Virus record (IMG/VR): IMGVR_UViG_3300021514_000002
Span: 1-64,000 of that record
Direction: 5' to 3' (one strand)
Length of the DNA: 64,000 nt
Source of the DNA: a virus
Lineage: Duplodnaviria; Caudoviricetes
Shown here: positions 42,693 through 52,487 of the stretch, in pieces
How the letters are laid out: the number at the start of each line of letters is the position of its first letter
Position numbering within the stretch: position 1 is the first letter of the stretch
Made by a program: the position numbers and the translations under genes
The notes under the pieces: model-generated
Database searches by the model: none
What the model was told of the DNA's origin: nothing
Seen by the model: the letters and a program-made list of their open reading frames with translations, nothing else

Positions 42693-43170
42693 TGTCTTGG
42701 TGATGTTTAATAAGTTGTTCTAAGTTATCAAGAGCGTCTGATAACTTATCATCGAATCGTATTCCGTGATAATCGCAAAAAATTTCTACGTTGCCTTTTC
42801 GGAAATACCCATCAGGACAACATACCATCATTTTTCCATCTTCGCAATGTGCACCCAGTTCTAATAACGATATTGGTGAAATTGTATCAGGATCAAAATA
42901 CATGAAAATATATGATGCAGCAGAAAGATTTTCTAGTTCCCATAGTACTTGTTCTTCAAAACATGGATTATCAGCTGATTGTCTTTGCAGACTATCCCAA
43001 TAATTGCGCCTTGGATTAAGAAGGGTTAAATTTTCATATTTACTAAATCTTCCTTCAACCATCGCTTGCCAATTATCCGCTTTATCCATTTCAATTGAAC
43101 CAGCAAGAAAAATAGATATTCCAGTTTCGGTACATTGATCAAATACTTCTGGAGCTTTTATCACTTTCAT
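42685..43170 (-). CDS. Nucleoside 2-deoxyribosyltransferase-like protein (type 2)
   Basis: IFLAGSI, NPRR..WD, QV.WEL, SPISLLELG. Confidence 0.85.
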   Translation of the reverse strand: MKVIKAPEVFDQCTETGISIFLAGSIEMDKADNWQAMVEGRFSKYENLTLLNPRRNYWDSLQRQSADNPCFEEQVLWELENLSAASYIFMYFDPDTISPISLLELGAHCEDGKMMVCCPDGYFRKGNVEIFCDYHGIRFDDKLSDALDNLEQLIKHHQDND

Positions 43171-43493
43171 AGTTTTTTAACGTCCTTTATATCCACACTA
43201 TATTTCGTCTTAACGCCTGAATGAAAACTGTCAGCCACAAGTTGAAAATATTTCCCCTTATAATAAAGCGGTGTTTTATAATCTTCTTTGTTGTTATAAA
43301 TGCCATCTGCGAGTTGTTTACATACTTCGTTGCGCTTCTTCTCGAGTCTTTCACCGTTTGCCCATAATCGTTTTTGTGTCTCGTATATTTTCTGTTTTTC
43401 TTGATCATATACAAGAAGCGTATCCATCAACGCTTTCTTTTCTCTTACTAACATGCGTCGTTTTTTTGTTGCTGCTTTATTAACCATTACCAA
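43167..43493 (-). CDS. Hypothetical protein
   Basis: Coupled ORF. Confidence 0.65.
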   Translation of the reverse strand: MVMVNKAATKKRRMLVREKKALMDTLLVYDQEKQKIYETQKRLWANGERLEKKRNEVCKQLADGIYNNKEDYKTPLYYKGKYFQLVADSFHSGVKTKYSVDIKDVKKL

Positions 43494-43750
43494 TCTTCCC
43501 CTGCATTCTCTTCAAACCGTTCTTGATTAAGTTCAGCAACATCTAATGTTATTATTTTTTCAACTATATCCAATACCGATTCAGTATATGTAATGTATAA
43601 ACTAAAATACGATGATTCGAATTTATCAGACCACCAACAATCGTTGGTATCTGTAACTAATTTCATTCCCATAGTTTTTAATATCAGAGGTGTTATTTTA
43701 CTATTTGGATTATCACGCAATATATTAAATAAGGTATTATAATTATACAT
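43487..43750 (-). CDS. Hypothetical protein
   Basis: Coupled ORF. Confidence 0.6.
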   Translation of the reverse strand: MYNYNTLFNILRDNPNSKITPLILKTMGMKLVTDTNDCWWSDKFESSYFSLYITYTESVLDIVEKIITLDVAELNQERFEENAGEDW

Positions 43751-43751
43751 A

Positions 43752-44219
43752 TTAAAATTCCATAAATTGTGCTGCCTTTAACTTAGCACGAATTTTCATT
43801 AATCTGGAACAGAATTCTTGTTTAGTCAAGACGGTTTCGTTCATCTTACTACGTCCGATACTATGTGTCAAGTTTGCATCACCAGACGCTAATAGAGTCT
43901 TTTTTGCTTTTTCGTTGGTAGTGTATAATGTTTCATATGCTTCATCTAAAAGTTGTTGGTATTCATCAGAATCACGAGGGATGGCTTCGCCTTGCCACCA
44001 AAGGGTTTGAGTTCTTTGCCAGTTCTTTTTTGAACCAAATTTTTTAGCTTTAAATCCGACTAAAGTGCAACAATGTTTTTGCATTTCGGGATCTTTGAAT
44101 TTGACTGCTTGTAATAAACCTTCCATGGAATTGCATTCCACACCCCTAAATATAAAGGGTCGTGGCGTGAAATTAGATAATTTTCCACTTGGGCCTGATT
44201 TTTTTGAACCTATATCCAT
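43752..44219 (-). CDS. Phage NADAR-like protein (T4 gp30.3-type)
   Basis: LSNF, SMEGLLQ.VKF, AKKFG, LYWQ-like WWQG, LTHSIG. Confidence 0.65.
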   Translation of the reverse strand: MDIGSKKSGPSGKLSNFTPRPFIFRGVECNSMEGLLQAVKFKDPEMQKHCCTLVGFKAKKFGSKKNWQRTQTLWWQGEAIPRDSDEYQQLLDEAYETLYTTNEKAKKTLLASGDANLTHSIGRSKMNETVLTKQEFCSRLMKIRAKLKAAQFMEF

Positions 44220-44251
44220 TTACGTAACCTTTTGAATTTTATCGAAAAGTG

Positions 44252-44281
44252 AGTATAGAACAATCTTTAGGTGGAAGTCAA
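44252..44281 (-). promoter_or_regulatory. sigma70-like promoter
   Basis: TTGACT-N18-TATACT. Confidence 0.55.
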
Positions 44282-44285
44282 GTAC

Positions 44286-44930
44286 TTATTTGTTAAATAC
44301 TTCCTCAACGGATAGAATATCAAATTCTGTCAAATTTGTACCTTCTGGGGTATTTACGTTAATAACATCAACCCCCGTATCAAGCAGAGGCTGCTTTATG
44401 GTTTTGTAAGAAGCACGCATTTTTTGATAAACAGCTTCACCATCAATCCGCGCATGAGGTCTTGTATTAGAATGCCAATGGGATGTAGATTTAATGTTAC
44501 GTTCCCCCCATTTCATATCTAGGCCAAGTAAATATATTCGTTTAAATCCAAGGTGAACAGCCGCCATATTAAGTGCAGCATACGACGAATTTGACCCATG
44601 TCGCATACTTCCTGCTTTTGTTTCAAGTCCTTGTTGTCCTGTTAGATGCCATCGTTTATCGACTACATCCATTTTCGTCGGTTTAGTAAGATTAAGAACA
44701 CCCTGCCAAATCAAACCTTTGAAGTCAACTAAATCCTTTTCATGATCCTTAATCCATGGTTCATCTGTACAATAAAGAATTTGGGCATTTGGTAATTTCA
44801 TGTATGAGTTATTAATGGCTATAACAAATTTACCATCAAGTAAAGACCAATCAAAATCGGTTAGTGATGTACCACCACCAACTATGTAACACGTATTGTT
44901 ATATTGTAGGGGATTTATTCCTTCGATCAT
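44286..44930 (-). CDS. Maf/DUF115-like Rossmann nucleotide-sugar-utilising protein
   Basis: IVGGGTSL, IAINNS, GSNS...ALN.A..LG..RIYLLGLD. Confidence 0.7.
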   Translation of the reverse strand: MIEGINPLQYNNTCYIVGGGTSLTDFDWSLLDGKFVIAINNSYMKLPNAQILYCTDEPWIKDHEKDLVDFKGLIWQGVLNLTKPTKMDVVDKRWHLTGQQGLETKAGSMRHGSNSSYAALNMAAVHLGFKRIYLLGLDMKWGERNIKSTSHWHSNTRPHARIDGEAVYQKMRASYKTIKQPLLDTGVDVINVNTPEGTNLTEFDILSVEEVFNK

Positions 44931-45442
44931 GCAGGCAATCCTATTATCGTAAATTCACGTTCGCTACCGAACGTTTCAGTTATATTAAATCTATTTTCTA
45001 GTTTTTTCAACCACCAATCTTTATCTTCTATGATTAAATGTGCATTTCGTCCATCGGCAAGTGTTTTGCACGCAGGTCGTGTAGCGATTGTTAAGAAAAC
45101 TACTTTTTTTGCTAAATCATGTAATTCATTAAGTACATCGTCTAAGCATTCGGGTTCAATGTGTTCTAATACATCAGTACAAACGACAATATCATGTTGT
45201 GTTGGTTTTTGTGAAAATTCTAATATAGCGGGATCGTATTGTGTTATATTAAATGATAGCTTTTCTTGTAATGTGCTTTTACCACAACCATAGTCAAGAA
45301 CATCCCGCGATTGGTATTTTTTTGTTAAACCATTGATGTGTGTAGCCCATTTCCAACCACCTGTTCCATATGTTTCATTGCTATCATGGAGTTGTTCGTT
45401 TAGCTCTTTATATTCTTTGGTTATCGTGTTAGACATTTTCAA
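44927..45442 (-). CDS. Class I SAM methyltransferase
   Basis: VLDYGCGK, CTDVLEHI. Confidence 0.85.
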   Translation of the reverse strand: MKMSNTITKEYKELNEQLHDSNETYGTGGWKWATHINGLTKKYQSRDVLDYGCGKSTLQEKLSFNITQYDPAILEFSQKPTQHDIVVCTDVLEHIEPECLDDVLNELHDLAKKVVFLTIATRPACKTLADGRNAHLIIEDKDWWLKKLENRFNITETFGSEREFTIIGLPA

Positions 45443-45989
45443 ACATTCCGGTCTTTGGCATTATAAAATTATCATCTTCGGTTTTGATTAATCTACAACA
45501 GACTAAATGTTTTCCTTCGTCCACCCATAGATCTTTTATTTCGTACTTATTTAGTTCAGCAAAATTCTCAAAAAATGCTGGATATGGGTAGTATATGCCA
45601 GGGAAGCCGCTTGGTATGCCATGTCGTTTCCAGTATTTTGGTTGCGGTAACGCACACGATAATTGCCCACCAATCTTTAACATGTTATGAATATTGCGCC
45701 AACATGCCGCTTGGCCATCCACTGTTTGTACGTGTTCAGTGAACCCGAAATTAGTCACCACATCCACTGGCAAAAGATCGCTGATTTTTTTGGGTGGTTC
45801 CCTTCGTATATCCCACCCAATTGCGCCATTTTCTGCATTTATATCTGTGCACCAGTATTCTATCCCTTTGGAAATATACCAATCACGATATAATCCCGTT
45901 GGGTTCTTTTTATTACCAAGTTCCAATAGTCGTGTTCCTGCTGGTAAATCGCCAAGTGTACGGAGTTCACCTAATGGTATGTCTGTCAT
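45429..45989 (-). CDS. Class I SAM methyltransferase-like protein
   Basis: LLELGN, TNFGFTEHV, NIHNMLK.GG. Confidence 0.7.
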   Translation of the reverse strand: MTDIPLGELRTLGDLPAGTRLLELGNKKNPTGLYRDWYISKGIEYWCTDINAENGAIGWDIRREPPKKISDLLPVDVVTNFGFTEHVQTVDGQAACWRNIHNMLKIGGQLSCALPQPKYWKRHGIPSGFPGIYYPYPAFFENFAELNKYEIKDLWVDEGKHLVCCRLIKTEDDNFIMPKTGMFENV

Positions 45990-45990
45990 T

Positions 45991-46731
45991 TTATTTCCAA
46001 TTGTCCTTAATATAATCTTCTGTTGCTTCGTGTGGTTTTGGTTGTCCATGAAATACTATAATTGCCGTGTCTTCATTGGCATGTTTCCACTGTGGAACTT
46101 TCTCGTATTTGTATGAGACTACCCAACTTTTTGGATAATTGTATATATTATCCCTTAGAACGCGCCAAATATAACATTGATCGCCGTGTAATTGTTTCAT
46201 TACATCTGCGGAAAATTTATTGTGTATATTTTTAGTACTTTCTGATGGTGTCCAAACCATTATAGACGAATTGTGTGCTGCATGTCTTTTATTTGGGCCA
46301 TAATTTTCAATCATGCAGAAAGGTTCTTGTACGCTGACAATATTGTCCAGTGAACCAACAATCACCACATCTAAATCCAAATAAAGAATTCTACTATCAG
46401 AAGGAAATAAATCTGGATGGAATAGTCCTACCTTCTGCCACCACCCCTTACTTGCGTCTGATAATGGCGGTTTTATTTTTATTACACCTTCTGGTACTTC
46501 ATTGTTAGTAATACAAACAAATTCATGTGGAATAGAAAGATTTCGTTTAACTGAATTCTTTAATTTTTCAACATATTCTACGGGGTATAATGTTCCCCAC
46601 CATACACATACTACAATTAATTTTTCTGGTGGTGTGCCGACTGTTACTCTTGGTGGCGGCTCTAATAAATCTGGGGTTTTAAGATCAATACCATTTACGG
46701 TTAAGGTAGACTGTGTAATCATTCTAGACAT
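45991..46731 (-). CDS. GT-A glycosyltransferase
   Basis: CVWWGTLY, GWWQK..LF, LYLDLD (DxD), NSS, GDQ, FHGQPKP. Confidence 0.85.
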   Translation of the reverse strand: MSRMITQSTLTVNGIDLKTPDLLEPPPRVTVGTPPEKLIVVCVWWGTLYPVEYVEKLKNSVKRNLSIPHEFVCITNNEVPEGVIKIKPPLSDASKGWWQKVGLFHPDLFPSDSRILYLDLDVVIVGSLDNIVSVQEPFCMIENYGPNKRHAAHNSSIMVWTPSESTKNIHNKFSADVMKQLHGDQCYIWRVLRDNIYNYPKSWVVSYKYEKVPQWKHANEDTAIIVFHGQPKPHEATEDYIKDNWK

Positions 46732-46829
46732 ATTATTTCCTTATTTTCTATGGGTTGTATTGTATTTATTATCTTATGAAAGTCCAATTTATAAGATAAT
46801 AAATACTGTAAATATAAAAGGAGATAATA

Positions 46830-47402
46830 GTGGAATACGATATAGAAACTTGGAATAAAAATAAAGCTAAACCGACTATAGATGTGCCTGCTAACTGGGG
46901 GCGTGAAAGATGGATAGCGCACATGGCAAATGAAAATAAATGGACACGTGGTGCGGAATTGGGCGTTTGGAAAGGTCGCACATTTTTACATGTTTTGGCT
47001 TCCTGTCCTCAAGTTAAACTAATTGGTGTTGATGCATGGACGCCGCAAGCAGACAACGAAGGACCTGAAAATTATCTTGATTGGCCACATCATGAAAACG
47101 AACGTATGGTACGGGAAGGCGCAAAACGATTTGGCGATAGAGCAATTATTCATAAGATGTTTACACATGAAGCTGCGGAATTAGTAGAAGATAATAGTTT
47201 AGATTTTATTTTCATAGATGCAGATCATGGAACAGATGCGGTACGAAATGATATTTTAACATGGATGTCTAAAATAAAAGATAATGGTACGATTATTGGT
47301 CATGATATAAATTGGCCAACTGTTAAAGTAGTTGCTGATGAATTATTACCTGGATATGTAATTGGTCCAGATAATGCATGGTGTAGAAAGAAAATCGTAT
47401 GA
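46830..47402 (+). CDS. Methyltransf_24-type SAM methyltransferase
   Basis: AELGVWKG, DFIFIDADH, GHD. Confidence 0.85.
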   Translation: MEYDIETWNKNKAKPTIDVPANWGRERWIAHMANENKWTRGAELGVWKGRTFLHVLASCPQVKLIGVDAWTPQADNEGPENYLDWPHHENERMVREGAKRFGDRAIIHKMFTHEAAELVEDNSLDFIFIDADHGTDAVRNDILTWMSKIKDNGTIIGHDINWPTVKVVADELLPGYVIGPDNAWCRKKIV

Positions 47403-47962
47403 TTAAACATAGAGATTTTTGGCAAGGTCAGCGAGGGTTAAATAATATAAAACCTAAACGTATTGGTCTACTCTGGGAGAGTTTCAATGCCATTGATTTG
47501 GTCGTTGACTTCGTAGGCGATAACACCGTAGTCGAAGTTGGATGTGGGAACGGAAGATTTTCGCAAGGGTTTACCCCTGAGCAATATGTAGGGGTAGACT
47601 TAAACGTAGATGCTATTAATGTTTCACGTGAAAATTATCCAAAATACCAATTTAATATATTAGAAAAATATTCAGAAATTCCAGCCCGCGATGTAATGTT
47701 GCTACATTCTGCTGCATTGTATGTACCAGATGATGAAATTGCAGATGTATTTGCACAGGCAAAGAAACGTATTGTCTTGGCTGAGACTATGGGCGTAAGA
47801 GTAATTAAAGATCGTGAACAACCAGAGAATTTGGCATATCACTATGCAAGAACTGCCGATGAGTATGAGGCAATACTTAAAGATTGGAAACTGGTTGATA
47901 CAATTAATAAGAGAGATGCTAATAGCGGGAAAACGTTTACATATATGGTATTTGAAAAATAA
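47399..47962 (+). CDS. Class I SAM methyltransferase
   Basis: VVEVGCGNG, YVGVDLN. Confidence 0.8.
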   Translation: MIKHRDFWQGQRGLNNIKPKRIGLLWESFNAIDLVVDFVGDNTVVEVGCGNGRFSQGFTPEQYVGVDLNVDAINVSRENYPKYQFNILEKYSEIPARDVMLLHSAALYVPDDEIADVFAQAKKRIVLAETMGVRVIKDREQPENLAYHYARTADEYEAILKDWKLVDTINKRDANSGKTFTYMVFEK

Positions 47963-47972
47963 TTGGTGATAT

Positions 47973-48773
47973 ATGTCTAAAATCGTTATACATATGCGCC
48001 CAACTATTCCATGGCATAAACGCTGGGTTAAATTTTTTGTTACAGGGTTTAAAAAACATGGTATTGATGTTGTAGTATCATCATCGGCTCAAGTAACAAG
48101 AGGTTGTGATATTGCAATATTGTTTGGTCCTAATATGTGGAAAGCCATTGAATCATCAGGCGTATCATATCTTATGGTTAACCGAAAATTTTTTGGTGTT
48201 GAGGAACACGTAGCTGGTGATATTGTTGCAATGGGATGGAATGGTTTTAATGGTCCAGCAACATTTTGTGTCGAAGATGTATCACCTGATAGGTTACGTA
48301 AATTTTTAGATCCTGAAAAAGAAATCCAAGAATGGAAATCTGGTGGAACTAATATTTTAATTTGTGGTCAAGCTGACTTAGGTAGGTGTACTAGTTATAG
48401 TAACTTAGAAAAATGGTATAATCAAGTAAAGATTACAGTGAATTCACTAGTTAAATTTAGATCACATCCTACGCGTAAGAAACTTATACCATTAGATGAA
48501 GAATTAGAAAATGTAAAAGTTGCAATAACATTAAATTCTTTAGTCGCAATTGAAATTCTTATGGCTGGCATTCCGGTAATTTCAATGGATGAAAATAGTC
48601 CAGTGTACGGTGTCACAGGACATTCACTTAATGATATTAAATATCCTAATCGTTTAGAATTATTTCAGTATTTGGCACATTGCCAATGGTACTATACAGA
48701 AATTGAGAGTGGAAAATTTTGGGAACAGTTATATCCCAAAAGGGGATTACCCCTCAAGGAATATGCGCAGTAA
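47973..48773 (+). CDS. KpsC/KpsS-like GT-B protein
   Basis: LICGQ..D, FRSHP, ITLNS.VAIE..MAGIPV. Confidence 0.65.
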   Translation: MSKIVIHMRPTIPWHKRWVKFFVTGFKKHGIDVVVSSSAQVTRGCDIAILFGPNMWKAIESSGVSYLMVNRKFFGVEEHVAGDIVAMGWNGFNGPATFCVEDVSPDRLRKFLDPEKEIQEWKSGGTNILICGQADLGRCTSYSNLEKWYNQVKITVNSLVKFRSHPTRKKLIPLDEELENVKVAITLNSLVAIEILMAGIPVISMDENSPVYGVTGHSLNDIKYPNRLELFQYLAHCQWYYTEIESGKFWEQLYPKRGLPLKEYAQ

Positions 48774-48776
48774 GTT

Positions 48777-49775
48777 TTATTTTTCTTTGCCGTAATTTAA
48801 AAAGTTAAGAGTTGCTAAGTTTTTACTTTGTCCATATTCACGCCCTTGAATATCGCACCATACTAATGCTTCTGGTGTTTCTATTAATTGATCACAACCT
48901 TTACAATATGGTATGTCATCAAAACGTTCTTCTTCGTGTGCTTTTCGTAGTTCTATAAATTCTGGACTGTTAACAACTTCTTCAATTGTAGTTGTATCAA
49001 GATGTCCCAGTACGCCTTGACTATCTTTCCCCAATACCATACAACAGGCGACCACAGCCGCCATATGACCATCTAAACCACCCGCGCGCACTTGTAATAG
49101 TGGTGCGAATGGTCTACCACAAGTTCGTAGTTTAGGTGCTTCTTGTTTTTCGTCGCGACCATAATTAAGTTCAACTTTATCACTATCACTCCAGTTGTGC
49201 ATTAACCAAATTTCAGAAGAAGCACCAGTATATTCACCCCAATTTTTACGATACATTTCTATTTCATAATCAATATTATCGCGGTCTATGATAAGATGGT
49301 TTATGTGCATCTCTGTTGAGGTTCCTTTTGTTAGTTCGACAAAGCGTTTAGCGTTTTCACGAACAATGTTATAGTCACCTTTTTCCATCCATTCGACGTA
49401 AGTTTCTTCATTATAACCAATACAAGAAAGACGTAGAATATCAATACCTGCATTAATTAATTCTTTTGAAAGTTTTTCGGTAAGTTTTAAACCATTTGTA
49501 AAACTAATACATGTTAATCCACGTTCCTTTACCACACGAACGAAATCAGGCATGTCGCGATTAAGAGTTGGTTCACCACTACCATGTAATGTAACAGTTT
49601 TTAAACCATACTGCATAGCATCATCGATTGTTTTTATAAACGTGTCAAGGGAAAGCTTTTTAAGAAATTCTTTCTCACGGCTAATAGACTGTGGACACAT
49701 TTTACATTTGTAATTACAACCACCATTAAGTTCCATGTCAAGAACATGTACTTGGATGTCTTCTGATACTGGCAT
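48777..49775 (-). CDS. Radical SAM protein with SPASM/twitch domain
   Basis: CNYKCKMC; LHGSGEP; C-terminal CC and C..C. Confidence 0.9.
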   Translation of the reverse strand: MPVSEDIQVHVLDMELNGGCNYKCKMCPQSISREKEFLKKLSLDTFIKTIDDAMQYGLKTVTLHGSGEPTLNRDMPDFVRVVKERGLTCISFTNGLKLTEKLSKELINAGIDILRLSCIGYNEETYVEWMEKGDYNIVRENAKRFVELTKGTSTEMHINHLIIDRDNIDYEIEMYRKNWGEYTGASSEIWLMHNWSDSDKVELNYGRDEKQEAPKLRTCGRPFAPLLQVRAGGLDGHMAAVVACCMVLGKDSQGVLGHLDTTTIEEVVNSPEFIELRKAHEEERFDDIPYCKGCDQLIETPEALVWCDIQGREYGQSKNLATLNFLNYGKEK

Positions 49776-49976
49776 ATTTTTTCCTTTTATTTTGATACCA
49801 TAATTTAATCGTTACCAATCTGATGCTCGAGATGGCGGGCACGCTTAATGAGCCAGGATTTTGCGTCATTAACATTTACACCAAATGTTCTCATTTGTGA
49901 TAACCAATGTTGTTCAATTACAACTACAGGTTTAAATTCTTCAATAACATTTTCACCACTTTGTAAACATTTAACT

Positions 49977-50750
49977 TCATAATTCTTCTTCTAATGTAGA
50001 CATATGAAAACTAGTTAGTGCAGAACCTGGTGTACAATTAATAACTTCCATATCAAGTGCTTCAAGTTGTGGAACCATTTTATCGTAGGCTTCAATTAAT
50101 CCATCCAAAACACCTGGTTTAGATAATCCAACCTTAACACTAGGCCAATGTTGTAGTGGTTTAGGGTATTCTTGGAAATAATGCCGTGGTTCAGAACCTG
50201 CTTGTTGTTGTTGGCCGTTATAATCAGGCGCGAATTTCATATCATGTCCAATTAACAACACACGCTTGACACCATAATGTAATGCAAGATTAATACACAT
50301 TGGTCCACTACCATGATTAATGTGGATAATACTTGGATCTGTAGATAGTCCATGTTTTTCTACACCACCAATATAATTAATATTAAATTGTTTTGCTAGT
50401 TTAGGATACCAAGTATACTTAGGACATGATAATTCACGAAGTTCTTTTGACCGTGGATAGTACCAATGCCACCAAGGACCATCACATGAAAGATGGATAT
50501 CTGTCCATGGCACCCGCTGATATACATTGTTTATTGTGAAAACCCTGCAGTTGCCAGCTGCTTGATGTTGTTTAATAAGATCCAAATGTTCATCTGTTAG
50601 ACTTGGACCTGTTGCAATTATAACCGCAGTTTCGCCAGCAAATACTGGTTCAATTGGGGTTGCAGTTTTCTGTGCAGGTGGTATTCGCAAATCCGCCAAT
50701 TCCTTAAGCTCACGTGGTGTTAAATTTTTAACTTCTTCTTCAAAACTCAT
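49977..50750 (-). CDS. Maf/DUF115-like Rossmann nucleotide-sugar-utilising protein
   Basis: IIATGPSL, FTINN, HGSG..CINLA...G..RVLLIGHD. Confidence 0.7.
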   Translation of the reverse strand: MSFEEEVKNLTPRELKELADLRIPPAQKTATPIEPVFAGETAVIIATGPSLTDEHLDLIKQHQAAGNCRVFTINNVYQRVPWTDIHLSCDGPWWHWYYPRSKELRELSCPKYTWYPKLAKQFNINYIGGVEKHGLSTDPSIIHINHGSGPMCINLALHYGVKRVLLIGHDMKFAPDYNGQQQQAGSEPRHYFQEYPKPLQHWPSVKVGLSKPGVLDGLIEAYDKMVPQLEALDMEVINCTPGSALTSFHMSTLEEEL

Positions 50751-51328
50751 TTCGTTATCGCCATTTTCGCTGCTTCCTTATGGTATGTGAGGTTGCAATA
50801 TTCAATTGCTTGTTGTATTTCAGACATGTCCCCAGCTATAATTTTGTCAGTATCAACAAACACCCCACCATCCTTCGCAGCCAGTTGTTTCATGTAGTTA
50901 AATCTCCACAAGGTCACTTCCAGTGAATATTTATAATCCGCGTCTTTTCGCTTTTGGCAAATTGAATTCGCCACATCTTCTGGTTTTCTTGTAATAAAAA
51001 CGTTAAAGGGATTTAATCCACTATACGCTGGATAGTATTCAATACCCGTTTTCATTGACCATATTTGATCGGAGGGAACGATTTGTTTAATTCTATCATG
51101 AAACAGTTCAAATATTTCTGGGTTAGCATCGACAGCTCGCATGTGTGCACTCCCCCACAAAGGCTTAAACTCTTTTTGTAGAATCTTTATGTTATTGTTT
51201 TCGTATGTATCATAACCTGCCGATTTTACTTGTCTTTCACCCCAGAATATTCCATGCGCGGCAAAAATAGCTGATACCATTGATGAACGACTGCGTGATG
51301 TCATCCAAAGTAATATTGGTCTTGTCAT
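50747..51328 (-). CDS. Sulfotransferase-like protein
   Basis: MTSRSRSSM PAPS-loop-like motif; FITRKPEDVANS. Confidence 0.6.
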   Translation of the reverse strand: MTRPILLWMTSRSRSSMVSAIFAAHGIFWGERQVKSAGYDTYENNNIKILQKEFKPLWGSAHMRAVDANPEIFELFHDRIKQIVPSDQIWSMKTGIEYYPAYSGLNPFNVFITRKPEDVANSICQKRKDADYKYSLEVTLWRFNYMKQLAAKDGGVFVDTDKIIAGDMSEIQQAIEYCNLTYHKEAAKMAITK

Positions 51329-51330
51329 TA

Positions 51331-51621
51331 TTATAATTCTTTTATTTGATTGTTATAATCTTCCAGTGCTTTTTTCTCTTGCATTGTAAGACATTCTTTT
51401 TTAGTTTCCCAACCATTATGGCGTGGATTGCAACACATTAGACACGAACAAGGCGTTGGTGTACTTGCAACGATTCCTGCAGTTTTTGCTGGCATTTCTA
51501 TTATACCGTGAATACAATAACTACGATGACCATATTTACCGTATCCCCAATAACCCTGACGGTTATGTTTTATACGTGCACGCTGATGGCGGCGGTTCGC
51601 ACGAGCCATATTTTTGAACAT
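51331..51621 (-). CDS. Basic zinc-binding hypothetical protein
   Basis: PCSCLMCCNPR. Confidence 0.7.
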   Translation of the reverse strand: MFKNMARANRRHQRARIKHNRQGYWGYGKYGHRSYCIHGIIEMPAKTAGIVASTPTPCSCLMCCNPRHNGWETKKECLTMQEKKALEDYNNQIKEL

Positions 51622-51748
51622 ATTTTACTCCAGACCCACGTCCAGCACCCAACACAATTGTTAGTAGCGGCGTGGGCTTTATATGTTTAATGTTGACATG
51701 ATATGTTTCTCCTTTCATAAATACGTAGAATATAAGGTATATTATACT

Positions 51749-52456
51749 ATGTTTACTACTATTTATCAACGAAAAAACGACTGGAAACGTGCAGTTAATG
51801 AAACCCATAATGATTTTTATGACTATTCTTCTGTTGATTATATAAATGCTAACATAAAAGTTACCATTATATGTCCAAAACATGGCAAATTTCAACAAAC
51901 CCCACATGATCATAAAAATAAAAGACATGGATGTGCAAGATGTTTCGGTAACGCAAAGTTGACCAATAAAGATATAGACGAAAAAATTATTACTACAAAA
52001 AAACCAATACGTCGTATTGGTGATGTGCAGAACGCGATGACAAATTTAAAATGGTTGTGTTTAGACGATAAGTGTGGTGGAACATGGAATGCAGCACCAG
52101 ATAATGTGTTGAATAAGAATACGGGATGTCCATATTGTAAAATTGGTTACATTTCAAATCATTATGGGATTTTATATTTTGTTAAAATTGTTGATAATGA
52201 AACAAAATATGAATTTTTGAAAATTGGTATAACTAAAAAAGAAATACATGATAGGTTTTCTGGAAAACGATTTAGGGTAACGAAAGAAATTTTTATAAAA
52301 TCTTTGCCCCTTAGTGAAGCATATGGGATTGAACAAGAAATTATCAATAGCATGAAAGAATATGCTTATCTTGCGCCAATGTCATTTGGTGGGAGAACAG
52401 AATGTTTTATAAATTCAACACTGGTGGAAGAACATATTGCTGTTTTATTAAAATAG
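51749..52456 (+). mobile_element. Zinc-ribbon-repeat homing endonuclease-like gene (GIY-YIG-related C-terminus)
   Basis: CPKHGKF..GCARC, GCPYC, LYFVK..FLKIGIT, G.TECF; lone plus-strand gene. Confidence 0.7.
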
Positions 52457-52480
52457 AAGGCAGATTATTATCTGCCTTCT
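52455..52480. terminator. Hairpin between convergent genes
   Basis: AGAAGGCAGA/TCTGCCTTCT. Confidence 0.7.
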
Positions 52481-52487
52481 ATTAATA

